Below are positions 8,634 through 16,863 of a stretch of 43,788 nucleotides of DNA, in pieces. The number at the start of each line of letters is the position of its first letter. Position 1 is the stretch's first letter. Source of the DNA: a virus (taxonomy: Duplodnaviria > Caudoviricetes); IMG/VR virus record IMGVR_UViG_3300011339_000704, positions 1 through 43,788 of that record; one strand, written 5' to 3'. The notes under the pieces are model-generated. The model made no database searches. It saw only the letters and a list, made by a program, of their open reading frames with translations, and was not told the DNA's origin. Position numbers and translations under genes: made by a program.

Positions 8634-9005
8634 ATGTATCAAGTAGGACAGGCGGTAATAATCCGATGGAATAAAAACACCGAATATATTGGCACTTTTG
8701 AAATCCAAAAAGGAAACACTATACATACTGGCGGATTGTTTAACGCCACCGATAGCGGATTTTGTAATACTGAATCGGTACGCCCCGCAACCGAGGCCGA
8801 AATACTGGCAGAGGCCGCTAAACACGGGTGGGATGAAACTATTTACAAATCTTACGAATCGCCTTTTGATTACTTTGTTTTAGTAAAACTAGATAAATGG
8901 GAATGGCAAAATAGAACTACCCCATCACAAGTAAATCTTAAAAGGTACTGCGAGGAAGGGCTAGTAGCCCACAGATTGATTCAAGCCTTAAACTTAGCGA
9001 AATGA
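8634..9005 (+). CDS. hypothetical protein
   Basis: Leader aaaaccaaaacca-ATG downstream of the promoter. Confidence 0.65.
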   Translation: MYQVGQAVIIRWNKNTEYIGTFEIQKGNTIHTGGLFNATDSGFCNTESVRPATEAEILAEAAKHGWDETIYKSYESPFDYFVLVKLDKWEWQNRTTPSQVNLKRYCEEGLVAHRLIQALNLAK

Positions 9006-9313
9006 GCCAAACAACATTGTACCGTTATGAGAGGTGCTATACAAGCGACGGTAACGGCAATACGATAAGTAAGACCGTTGAATTGGTGCAGCATAAAGTT
9101 CTAGAGGAAACCCCAAATGGGTACTGGATATTTTTTTATGGGCGAAAACGTTTCCGTAAATGGGTATCTAAATCGGGGAAATCACGATATGCATATCCCG
9201 ACAAAGACCAAGCATGGGTAAACTTCCAAAAAAGGTCTGAAAAGGCTTTAATGATAACAAAACAACAATTTGAAAACGCTAATTTTTTCGCAAAGTGTCA
9301 GCAACCCATTTAG
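9002..9313 (+). CDS. hypothetical protein
   Basis: ATGA-coupled; ETPNGYWI...KWVSK...RYAYP pattern resembles a common phage family. Confidence 0.65.
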   Translation: MSQTTLYRYERCYTSDGNGNTISKTVELVQHKVLEETPNGYWIFFYGRKRFRKWVSKSGKSRYAYPDKDQAWVNFQKRSEKALMITKQQFENANFFAKCQQPI

Positions 9314-9651
9314 AACTACTACAAACCCTCCCCAGCCCTTACAGGGAGCAAGCTATTGAGAACACTAAAAACTATAAAGGCAAAGAATGGTTTTCTGAGA
9401 GCTACCACAATAACCTTGTTGGTATTTTACAAGAAGGCTTTTTGTGGTATCAAACACCTGAGGGCCAAGGCTGGGATTATTGGTTAAAAATTTACAAACG
9501 TGCAAAAGCTGGCGAGTTTGACGACCCAAGCGTTACCCTTACTAGAGAGGATTGGGAATACATACACCATCTATTATTTACCGCTGGTGATTTTGAAAAA
9601 GCAAAAAGCATTATTAAAGCAATACAATCACAACTAAACCTTACAAAATGA
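9295..9651 (+). CDS. hypothetical protein
   Basis: LPSPYREQAIEN...FLWYQTPEGQGWDYW; GTG start uncertain. Confidence 0.6.
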   Translation: MSATHLELLQTLPSPYREQAIENTKNYKGKEWFSESYHNNLVGILQEGFLWYQTPEGQGWDYWLKIYKRAKAGEFDDPSVTLTREDWEYIHHLLFTAGDFEKAKSIIKAIQSQLNLTK

Positions 9652-10118
9652 GCAACCTAGAGCAAGCATTAAAAGCAGCGGCAAAAAGGCTAGATGCAGC
9701 CATTAAACGTGAACTGGAACTGCATGAGCAAAGGAAGCCACAAGGCAACCCAGAAGATGATAAATTCAAGGCTGACTATGAAGCGGCTCAAAAAGCAAAA
9801 CGATTTGAAGCTTGCGTAAACGCCTGTGCTGATTTTTCAGACCCCAAAATAGACATAGGGCTTTTAAAACTCGACAACGAGCAAAAGGCTAAATTGTTGG
9901 CATCTTGCGAAACGGCACTTGCTGAACGTGACACCGAGATAGCCCAGCTAAAGGCTAGGGTAAAAGAACTGGAAACGCAAAGGAATATGTTTATGTATGC
10001 CCTTAGTTCAAACGTAGACGACAATGAAGATGATGGGGAACTTGATAAGGCTGAAATTTATAGACATATTCATAACGAGGCGAGAAAGCATTTCAACCCA
10101 TCAAAACCACAACAATGA
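9648..10118 (+). CDS. coiled-coil hypothetical protein
   Basis: ATGA-coupled; heptad-like EIAQLKARVKELE. Confidence 0.6.
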   Translation: MSNLEQALKAAAKRLDAAIKRELELHEQRKPQGNPEDDKFKADYEAAQKAKRFEACVNACADFSDPKIDIGLLKLDNEQKAKLLASCETALAERDTEIAQLKARVKELETQRNMFMYALSSNVDDNEDDGELDKAEIYRHIHNEARKHFNPSKPQQ

Positions 10119-10381
10119 GCACCCTACCACTTAAATGGGCAGTAGAGATTACTAGCCAACAAGATGCCGAAAGGCTGCAAGCTTTGTTCCCAACATACGA
10201 TTGCAAGTCAAATGAAAATGATTATTTGCTAAGAAGAAAAAGCTATCGTAAAGCTGAAAGGCTGACCTACTGCATAAATAGCGTAAGGGAAATGTTTGAC
10301 TTTGATAGGCGAAAGTATTTTAAAGAAAAAGGCTACACAATATACACCATAACCGAACTGGAAACGCTACTAAATAAGTAG
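10115..10381 (+). CDS. hypothetical protein
   Basis: ATGA-coupled ORF. Confidence 0.6.
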   Translation: MSTLPLKWAVEITSQQDAERLQALFPTYDCKSNENDYLLRRKSYRKAERLTYCINSVREMFDFDRRKYFKEKGYTIYTITELETLLNK

Positions 10382-10436
10382 ATAAATAGTTGATAATTAG
10401 AGTATTAATTACTAATTTTACGTAAAGACTAAGCAA

Positions 10437-10877
10437 ATGAGCACATTAACATTAACAATAGGCATACTAGCCCCTGTAATTACTCTTTTAATCGGTAGGT
10501 ATTTTCGAGCCGTAAAAGTAAAAGAACTTGATAACGTATCTCGAGCCCGTGATTATTGGCGTATGCAATCTAATCACTACTGCAATCTAAATGAGATTAA
10601 GCTTGAGTATATTGCGGCTTTAGAATCGCAAAACGAAACGGTACTGAATGATTTAAAAGGTTGCAGTGGATTATTAGCCGAAGCGCATACCTTTATGCAA
10701 ACCCCACCAAAATTCAAGTTAGTAGCCAACAAAGACAAACACCCTGCCGCTAACGACAATTACCTTTACATTGAAGGTGAGATAAACGGCAACCGTGAAG
10801 CTGGACTTTTGAAGTTAAGCGATTGGAGCAAAGCCAAAGAGAGATTATTAAAGAACCCCGAAGATAAACCGTTATGA
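10437..10877 (+). CDS. membrane-anchored hypothetical protein
   Basis: N-terminal hydrophobic segment. Confidence 0.6.
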   Translation: MSTLTLTIGILAPVITLLIGRYFRAVKVKELDNVSRARDYWRMQSNHYCNLNEIKLEYIAALESQNETVLNDLKGCSGLLAEAHTFMQTPPKFKLVANKDKHPAANDNYLYIEGEINGNREAGLLKLSDWSKAKERLLKNPEDKPL

Positions 10878-11239
10878 ACCAACTAAAACCAAACACATAC
10901 ACTATCTGTGAAACCACGCAGCAGTGCAAAGAACTATTCGATTGGGCAAATAATAATGGCGTTTCGACTTATGCTACCTGCGATAATAATGAAACGGTAT
11001 TATCATTTTCTGATGACTTTGAATTAATATCTGACAAGCAAAATGCAATTCAATCGCTGGACAAAACATATTTTTTCATACCCCTTTACCAATTTACAGC
11101 CCGTTTGAAAGGTGAATGGATAGAGGGTAAGACCGTAACGCTATCAATAGAAGATTGGGAAACCGTAGTTAATTGCCTTTATGGTTGGAATATGCCAAAG
11201 CTGGCGGCAAACATTGACGAACAACTAAACAACCAATAG
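10874..11239 (+). CDS. hypothetical protein
   Basis: ATGA-coupled. C-terminal VTLSIEDWE resembles VTLTREDWE in 9295..9651. Confidence 0.6.
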   Translation: MNQLKPNTYTICETTQQCKELFDWANNNGVSTYATCDNNETVLSFSDDFELISDKQNAIQSLDKTYFFIPLYQFTARLKGEWIEGKTVTLSIEDWETVVNCLYGWNMPKLAANIDEQLNNQ

Positions 11240-11241
11240 TT

Positions 11242-11502
11242 ATGGAATGGATAAGCGTAAAGGATAGATTGCCCGAAACAAATACACAGCATGAGGGCAA
11301 AGAATGGGAATATCAATCAAGCCAAAAGGTTTTAATATGGATTGAAAACGATAATGAACCTTCAATTGCGTGTTATTGTACTGGTCAAAACTTTGAAAAT
11401 TGGGCGGTTGATTTTGGTGATGACTTAATTGAGGTTGAACTAAACGAAGTAACCCACTGGATGCCATTACCCCCTAAACCCATTGAAACAACGCATAAAT
11501 AG
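11242..11502 (+). CDS. DUF551 family protein
   Basis: MEWISVKDRLPE ... VTHWMPLP signature. Confidence 0.85.
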   Translation: MEWISVKDRLPETNTQHEGKEWEYQSSQKVLIWIENDNEPSIACYCTGQNFENWAVDFGDDLIEVELNEVTHWMPLPPKPIETTHK

Positions 11503-11512
11503 TGTATCTTTG
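11483..11512 (+). promoter_or_regulatory. Bacteroidota-type promoter
   Basis: TTG 11483-11485, 19-nt spacer, TATCTTTG 11505-11512. Confidence 0.7.
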
Positions 11513-11533
11513 TATAAACCTAAACCAACCAAA

Positions 11534-11914
11534 ATGAGCAAGTATTTAAAGTCAAAAATTGGAACCCTTATTATAGAATTAGGGGCAATGGACGATAGTG
11601 GCGATTTTTGCGGCACAGTTGTAGCATCGAATAGTGTCGGATATAAAATTGGCGATAAAAATAATTATTATAATAGCCAAGAATTTGAACCCTACACACC
11701 AACACCACAAGAGTTAATTGAATGGAACGAAATAATGTTATCAGCAACAAGCGATAACCCAAATAAGGTAGAAGTTGACGACAAAGATGTTAACCTTCGC
11801 TTAGAGTGCCTTAAATTGACCGTAGCTTCAAATATAGGCTTATTAACCGACATGGGCGATATAACCAAAGAAGCAAACGTAGCGTATAACTGGATTAAAA
11901 CCAATAACCAATGA
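11534..11914 (+). CDS. hypothetical protein
   Basis: ATG 11534 after aaaccaaccaaa leader; C-terminal LRLECLKL motif. Confidence 0.65.
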   Translation: MSKYLKSKIGTLIIELGAMDDSGDFCGTVVASNSVGYKIGDKNNYYNSQEFEPYTPTPQELIEWNEIMLSATSDNPNKVEVDDKDVNLRLECLKLTVASNIGLLTDMGDITKEANVAYNWIKTNNQ

Positions 11915-12147
11915 GATACTTAATAATTTTATTGCTTTTTGCTTCGTGCTATAAAGAGCCAATAAGCACAACGCAAACCGATAATTCAAAATTTCAAGTA
12001 GAGGAATTGTTTACTCATGACTCAATAACCGTATATCGTTTTCAAGATGGTGGTAGGTCACACTACTTTACTAAAAATGAAACCATAAGCGTTTATAGTT
12101 GCGGTAAGGGTTGCTATTACAGCGAGAATGTAAATAATCATAACTAA
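11911..12147 (+). CDS. lipoprotein, DUF4884-like
   Basis: Lipobox LFASC; VEELFTHDSITVYRFQDGG..HYFT. Confidence 0.7.
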   Translation: MRYLIILLLFASCYKEPISTTQTDNSKFQVEELFTHDSITVYRFQDGGRSHYFTKNETISVYSCGKGCYYSENVNNHN

Positions 12148-12163
12148 CCTAAACACCCTCACA

Positions 12164-12364
12164 ATGAATAATTTTAAGAAAATAGCAGTTGTTTTAATAC
12201 TAACGGCAATAGCTTGTTTTATAACTGGCATGGCATTTATACTCACAGCAGCATTAGCCATGAAAATAGGCATGATAAATGCGACATTTTGGGTAATAAT
12301 ATTTGCTTCCGCAGTTTATTTTTCGAGTTTATTTAATAAGATTATAAATAAAACCAATGATTGA
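12164..12364 (+). CDS. membrane protein (2 TM)
   Basis: Two hydrophobic helices. Confidence 0.6.
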   Translation: MNNFKKIAVVLILTAIACFITGMAFILTAALAMKIGMINATFWVIIFASAVYFSSLFNKIINKTND

Positions 12365-12596
12365 ACTAAACAGAAAAACAAAAGTTTGGTTGCTAATTAT
12401 AGCCTTTTGGATAGCTTTTATAATAGTGGTCACGATTGTTATTTTATTTCCAATTATAGGTATAGTAATAGCCTTGGTAGGGATTAGTATTTTAATGACC
12501 TTAGCAATAAAATTATTTGCAGAAGATTTCGTACATAAGCAATTTATAAAAGAATACAGAGCAAATAAAAAACCTAAACCACTAACCAATGAGTGA
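12357..12596 (+). CDS. membrane protein (2 TM)
   Basis: Long hydrophobic hairpin with basic tail. Confidence 0.6.
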   Translation: MIELNRKTKVWLLIIAFWIAFIIVVTIVILFPIIGIVIALVGISILMTLAIKLFAEDFVHKQFIKEYRANKKPKPLTNE

Positions 12597-12675
12597 ACTA
12601 AATGAAATAAAAGCAAAGCAAGACGAAATAGGCAAGATGTTAGCCGAATTACTTAACCTAATAGCTAAACCATAA
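12589..12675 (+). CDS. small protein (28 aa, not in ORF track)
   Basis: MSELNEIKAKQDEIGKMLAELLNLIAKP behind the phage leader ccactaacca. Confidence 0.5.
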   Translation: MSELNEIKAKQDEIGKMLAELLNLIAKP

Positions 12676-12679
12676 GACC

Positions 12680-13303
12680 ATGCCAGCAGGTAGACCAAGC
12701 GAATACAACAAGATGATAATCGAAACAAAGAAAATATCGGAACTACAGCCAGCCCCGTACAACCCAAGACAGAGCACGGCAAAGCAAGAGGAAAAGCTAA
12801 AGGCTTCACTATCTAAATTTGGATTGGTTGAGCCAATAATTTTCAACAAGCAAACGGGCTATATCGTTGGCGGTCACTTCAGAGTAAGGCAGTTAACGAA
12901 ACTAGGCTACGAAGAAATAGAATGCGTTATCGTTGATTTAAACGAAGCTGACGAAAAGGAATTGAATATAAGGCTGAATGCCAACACGGGGCAATGGGAC
13001 TGGGAAATGCTCGCAAATTCGTGGGACAGCGATGAGTTGAGTGAGTGGGGTTTGGACGGCATAGGGTTTGATGTTGATGCTAAAGATATGGGCGATGACT
13101 TTAGTTTGCCCGATGGCGATAAAGCCCCGTTTCAGCAAATGACATTTACATTAGCAGATGAGCAAGCAGAGGTGATACAAAACGCCATAGCGGAAATGAA
13201 GCTAACGGATGAGTACAAGTATGCCGAAACAATGGGCAACGAAAACAGCAACGGTAACGCACTTTATTTAATAGCAGCAGCATGGGCAGGGCAAAGGATA
13301 TAA
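12680..13303 (+). CDS. ParB/Srx-like N-terminal domain protein (alternative start 12713)
   Basis: ISELQPAPYNPR...FGLVEPII...IVGGHFR...LNANTGQWD motifs; overlaps the Mom-like gene. Confidence 0.85.
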   Translation: MPAGRPSEYNKMIIETKKISELQPAPYNPRQSTAKQEEKLKASLSKFGLVEPIIFNKQTGYIVGGHFRVRQLTKLGYEEIECVIVDLNEADEKELNIRLNANTGQWDWEMLANSWDSDELSEWGLDGIGFDVDAKDMGDDFSLPDGDKAPFQQMTFTLADEQAEVIQNAIAEMKLTDEYKYAETMGNENSNGNALYLIAAAWAGQRI

Positions 13304-14085
13304 TCGTTAAGGTAATACCGTCTAAAATCGCTAATGAGTTTGTAAAAAAGCACCATTATAGCGGTAAGGTAGTTCCTAATAGCACATTACATTTTGGTTG
13401 TTTTTTAGATGATAAGCTGCATGGGGTTATGAGTTATGGAAGCCCTTTAAATAAAAATTCAGTTATAGGGTTAGTGCAATATACTCAATGGAATGAAATG
13501 TTAGAATTAAATAGAATGGCATTTGACGAGTACCTACCTAAATATTCTGAAAGTAGGTGTATAGCGGTAACAATAAGGTTGATAAAAAAAAATGCTCCTC
13601 ACATAAAATGGATTTTGAGCTTCTCAAATGCTTGCGAATGTGGCGATGGTACAATTTATAGGGCAAGCGGCTTCAAATTAACCAACATAAAGGCAAATAA
13701 AAACAATTGGGTATTACCTAATGGTAAGGTTGTAAATATACTTAATTTTTCAAACAAGTATATGCTTTTAGATTTTAAAAGGAAGGGATTAAAACAAACT
13801 GATACCCCACACACAAATGCAAAAAAACTAAAAGCTGTTATACAAGAGGGATACCAACTCCAATATATATGCTTAATAGATAAATCCTGTAAAATAACCG
13901 TACCAATTTTACCTTTTTCAAAAATAGATGAGATGGGTGCTGGTATGTACAAAGGAAATAAAGTATCTTTACAGGAGCGGAAAAATAATCATGCGGTATT
14001 AGCACAAGGTAGTGCGTCTGACACCCTGTCAGAAGATGGCGTTCGGAGCGACCATACCGCTCAATCTGGAAGTAATGGCATATAA
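13282..14085 (+). CDS. mom: Mom-like adenine modification enzyme (GNAT fold)
   Basis: ANEFVKKHHYS, GVMSYG, LELNRM, SESRCI, WILSFS and GTIYRASGF motifs of the Mu Mom family. Confidence 0.8.
   Translation: MGRAKDIIVKVIPSKIANEFVKKHHYSGKVVPNSTLHFGCFLDDKLHGVMSYGSPLNKNSVIGLVQYTQWNEMLELNRMAFDEYLPKYSESRCIAVTIRLIKKNAPHIKWILSFSNACECGDGTIYRASGFKLTNIKANKNNWVLPNGKVVNILNFSNKYMLLDFKRKGLKQTDTPHTNAKKLKAVIQEGYQLQYICLIDKSCKITVPILPFSKIDEMGAGMYKGNKVSLQERKNNHAVLAQGSASDTLSEDGVRSDHTAQSGSNGI
13993..14061 (+). tRNA. non-canonical tRNA-Gly(CCC)-like element inside the 3' end of the mom-like gene
   Basis: Acceptor GCGGTAT/ATACCGC, D-arm GCAC-AAGGTA-GTGC, anticodon arm TCTGA-CACCCTG-TCAGA, irregular T-arm GGCG-TTCGGAG-CGACC, discriminator T; CCA not encoded. 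Confidence 0.72.
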
Positions 14086-14455
14086 CACCGCAACACTAAA
14101 GAAACAAGCGTTAGCCGCAATAGAGAAACACAAACTATTCTTTATTGAGGATGTTGTGGCGTTTATACCGTGTGCAAAGCCTACATTTTATGAGCATTTT
14201 CCTAACGAATCTAACGATAGAAAGGAAATAGACGAACTACTGGAACGCAACCGTATTGAAGTTAAAACGAGTATGCGTAGTAAGTGGTACAAAAGCGAAG
14301 CCCCAGCCTTGCAATTAAGCCTATACAAGCTAATAGCCACGACAGACGAACGGAACGCACTAAGCATGAGCAAGGTAGATGTAACCAGCGGAGGGGATAA
14401 GATAGACAACACTATCGTAATTAAGCACGTTGATATGAGTAAGCCCGAAAAGTAG
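14075..14455 (+). CDS. terS: terminase small subunit
   Basis: Directly upstream of TerL; HTH-like FIEDVVAFIPCAKPTFYEHF; C-terminal VDVTSGGDKI typical of TerS. Confidence 0.7.
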   Translation: MAYNTATLKKQALAAIEKHKLFFIEDVVAFIPCAKPTFYEHFPNESNDRKEIDELLERNRIEVKTSMRSKWYKSEAPALQLSLYKLIATTDERNALSMSKVDVTSGGDKIDNTIVIKHVDMSKPEK

Positions 14456-14512
14456 GCATTGATTATCAGTACCCAAACAACTTTCCTCACAGCGTGGAGA
14501 CAACTTGCATAG

Positions 14513-15712
14513 ATGGAATTAGCATTTAACAGCGCATACAATAGGCTAAGGGTAACTCACAAGCGTTACGTATGTTTAGTGGGCGGCAGGGGTTCGGGAA
14601 AAAGTTTTGTAGCTGCACAGGATATTATAATCAACATGGTTGAGCAAGACTATTTCCGTTGCGTTATTGCCCGTGCCAACTTTAGCGATATTCGAGGTTC
14701 GCAGTTCCAACAGCTAAAGGATATTATCAATGGTAGTGGTATGGAGCACCTATTTCACATTCGAGAAAACACAATGGAAATAGAATGCAAGCTAAACAGC
14801 AACAAGATAATTGCTAAAGGGTTTCGTGCCAGCAGCGGCAGCGCAACGGCTAAAATGAAATCCATTACAGAGGTCAACTACGCATGGGTTGAGGAAGCCG
14901 ATGAAGTAGGGTACAGCGATTTTAACAAGTTCGACCTATCGTTAAGAACCACCAAAGGCAAAAAGCTAAAGATAGTTTTAAGCTACAACACCGAGAATGA
15001 GGATTGCTGGTTAAAAACCAAGTTTCACGACACCAACTATTCAGAGTGTGAGTTTATACACACCACCTACCATTGCAATATTCGGAACTTACACCCCGAC
15101 TACATACGCAAAATGGAAAGCCTACTAGAGATTGACCCCGAATATTACAGGGTAGTTGTGTTAGGTGAGTGGGGTAGTGGTAAGCAAGGTAAGATATTCG
15201 ACAAATACGAAACAGGCGAATTTCCGCAACACTTCACAAGCGAAGCCTACGGGCTTGATTTTGGTTTTACTAATGACCCTACCGCTTTAGTACACATACG
15301 CTATTCAGAGGGCGCAATTTACGTTAGGCAACTAATATACGGTTACGGGTTAACTAACTCTGACATTTGCGATAAAATGCGAGGTTTGGGCGTTACACGA
15401 AATGACGTTATCTTTGCTGATAGTGCCGAGCCAAAGAGTATCGAGGAAATATACCGTCAAGGTTTCAACATCAAGCCAACGGTTAAGGGTGCAGATAGCA
15501 TCAACTTAGGCATTCAGCTAATGAAACAATATCCGTTAGTATTTTGTCAAAGCCCCGACATTATGAAGGAATTAAAAAATTACACTTGGGCAAGTGATAA
15601 GATGGGTAATTTGTTAAACAAGCCTATTGATGCGTTTAACCATACAATAGATGCGGCACGTTACGCCTGTACGGGGTTAATGGGTCAACCTAAAAACCAA
15701 ATTTACTACTAA
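14513..15712 (+). CDS. terL: terminase large subunit (PBSX family)
   Basis: Walker A GGRGSGKS, Walker B WVEEA, nuclease motifs GLDFGFTNDP, ADSAEP and NHTIDAARY. Confidence 0.95.
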   Translation: MELAFNSAYNRLRVTHKRYVCLVGGRGSGKSFVAAQDIIINMVEQDYFRCVIARANFSDIRGSQFQQLKDIINGSGMEHLFHIRENTMEIECKLNSNKIIAKGFRASSGSATAKMKSITEVNYAWVEEADEVGYSDFNKFDLSLRTTKGKKLKIVLSYNTENEDCWLKTKFHDTNYSECEFIHTTYHCNIRNLHPDYIRKMESLLEIDPEYYRVVVLGEWGSGKQGKIFDKYETGEFPQHFTSEAYGLDFGFTNDPTALVHIRYSEGAIYVRQLIYGYGLTNSDICDKMRGLGVTRNDVIFADSAEPKSIEEIYRQGFNIKPTVKGADSINLGIQLMKQYPLVFCQSPDIMKELKNYTWASDKMGNLLNKPIDAFNHTIDAARYACTGLMGQPKNQIYY

Positions 15713-16314
15713 TGACATTACGACAGTACATACAAGTAATGGATGCCTTAATAGGCGTTGATATTACAGACGATATGACGGGAACGGATATGTTAGTCAG
15801 TTACCCTAAACAGGCTTATAAAGTACTACTAGCTTGCACGGATAAGACCGAAGCGGAACTACTAGCCAAACCCGTAACGGAGGTCGTAGGTATGCTGGAA
15901 ATAGCCGTACAAGGGTTATACCTTCCAAAGCCTTACGAAGTGCCGTTTATTGAGGTGAACGGCAAAACCTACACAGCTTGTGAGCCGTTGCTAATGGACA
16001 TGGGGGCAAAAAGAATACCGTACGGCAATATCGAATTTGGCAACTGCATCGAAGCGTTAACGATAATGGATAACACCACCCACGTTCACAGGGCTATGCC
16101 AATGGTGTTAGCTTACTTGTACGAAGGTGAGGGACACGTGACTGAAAAGGCAAACGAGTTTTTAGATATGGATGCGAGAGATGCCGCAAGTGCGTTCTTT
16201 TTTTTTGCGAGGTTAGGGCGTGGATATACAATACATTTATCAAACCGACTAGCGGAGATTACCGCACGGCAAAACATAAAGCCGCAGGGCAACGGGCAGG
16301 CGAGGATAAGTTAG
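15712..16314 (+). CDS. putative tail assembly chaperone (G-like), in-frame product
   Basis: TAATG-coupled to terL; contains a T9 slippery run encoding AFFFF. Confidence 0.6.
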   Translation: MTLRQYIQVMDALIGVDITDDMTGTDMLVSYPKQAYKVLLACTDKTEAELLAKPVTEVVGMLEIAVQGLYLPKPYEVPFIEVNGKTYTACEPLLMDMGAKRIPYGNIEFGNCIEALTIMDNTTHVHRAMPMVLAYLYEGEGHVTEKANEFLDMDARDAASAFFFFARLGRGYTIHLSNRLAEITARQNIKPQGNGQARIS

Positions 16315-16484
16315 CCCCGTTTGGGTGGTATGCTACACTAAGAGAGGCAAGCCCCGACATCAGCAAGGATAATACAGTCAAGGCGTTACCCGTTCATGAA
16401 GTGTTTGCCTACATAATGCACAAGCGCATGAGCAGCAAAGTTGAATACAAGATGCAGATTTACATGAGTGAAGTTGTTAAGTAG
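16198..16484 (+). CDS. -1 frameshift extension (GT-like) of the 15712 gene
   Basis: After T9 (16198-16206) the -1 frame is open for 92 codons (CEVRAWIY...APFGWYATL...LPVHEVFAYI...VVK) to TAG 16482-16484, with no ATG near its start. Confidence 0.75.
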
Positions 16485-16504
16485 CAGATAATTAATTATA
16501 TTTG
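16474..16504 (+). promoter_or_regulatory. promoter heading the glycosyltransferase region
   Basis: TTG 16474-16476, 20-nt spacer, TATATTTG 16497-16504; ATG 3 nt downstream. Confidence 0.7.
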
Positions 16505-16507
16505 AGC

Positions 16508-16729
16508 ATGAAAATAGTTGACCGATACTACCCCGAAAGCAAAACATATCAGTACGGTATTACCGAACTTGATGTAATAAACGGCAGGCAGACATACCCG
16601 TATGAGGACAGAGCCGAAGCCGCAGCGCAATTACGACTGGCACGGTTAAAAGAACGTGGCGCACGAAACGGGGGCAGATTTAGAGATAGGGCATTCGAGA
16701 ACGCACTAAGAGCAACCGATAGGATATGA
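16508..16729 (+). CDS. hypothetical protein
   Basis: ATG 16508 right after the -7 box; Arg-rich C-terminus. Confidence 0.6.
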   Translation: MKIVDRYYPESKTYQYGITELDVINGRQTYPYEDRAEAAAQLRLARLKERGARNGGRFRDRAFENALRATDRI

Positions 16730-16863
16730 CGATAGAGCAAGCCAACGAAGCGGATATACAGCAGGCATTATTGAACTGTTACCCCACGTTGTATGCTCAA
16801 TTTAATGCGATAGTACATTACAGACGATACGGGGTGTTCCCGTTTGACCCACAACTAAATTAA
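16726..16863 (+). CDS. small protein (45 aa, not in ORF track)
   Basis: MTIEQANEADIQQALL...PQLN; ATGA-coupled and abuts the next start exactly. Confidence 0.55.
   Translation: MTIEQANEADIQQALLNCYPTLYAQFNAIVHYRRYGVFPFDPQLN

Noticed and set aside
13584-13592. A9 tract in the mom-like gene as a phase-variation switch
   Set aside because: It encodes IKKN in an AT-rich, Lys-rich context with the frame intact; there is no evidence of variation from one sequence.
13993-14061. Canonical translational tRNA-Gly or attP-associated tRNA
   Set aside because: A33, U37, missing A58 and a broken T-stem argue against decoding, and no integrase is present in the window. Kept as a non-canonical element.
14012-14074. 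Extended GTG start for terS
   Set aside because: It lies within the tRNA-like element and the mom 3' end; ATG 14075 gives a normal TerS N-terminus.
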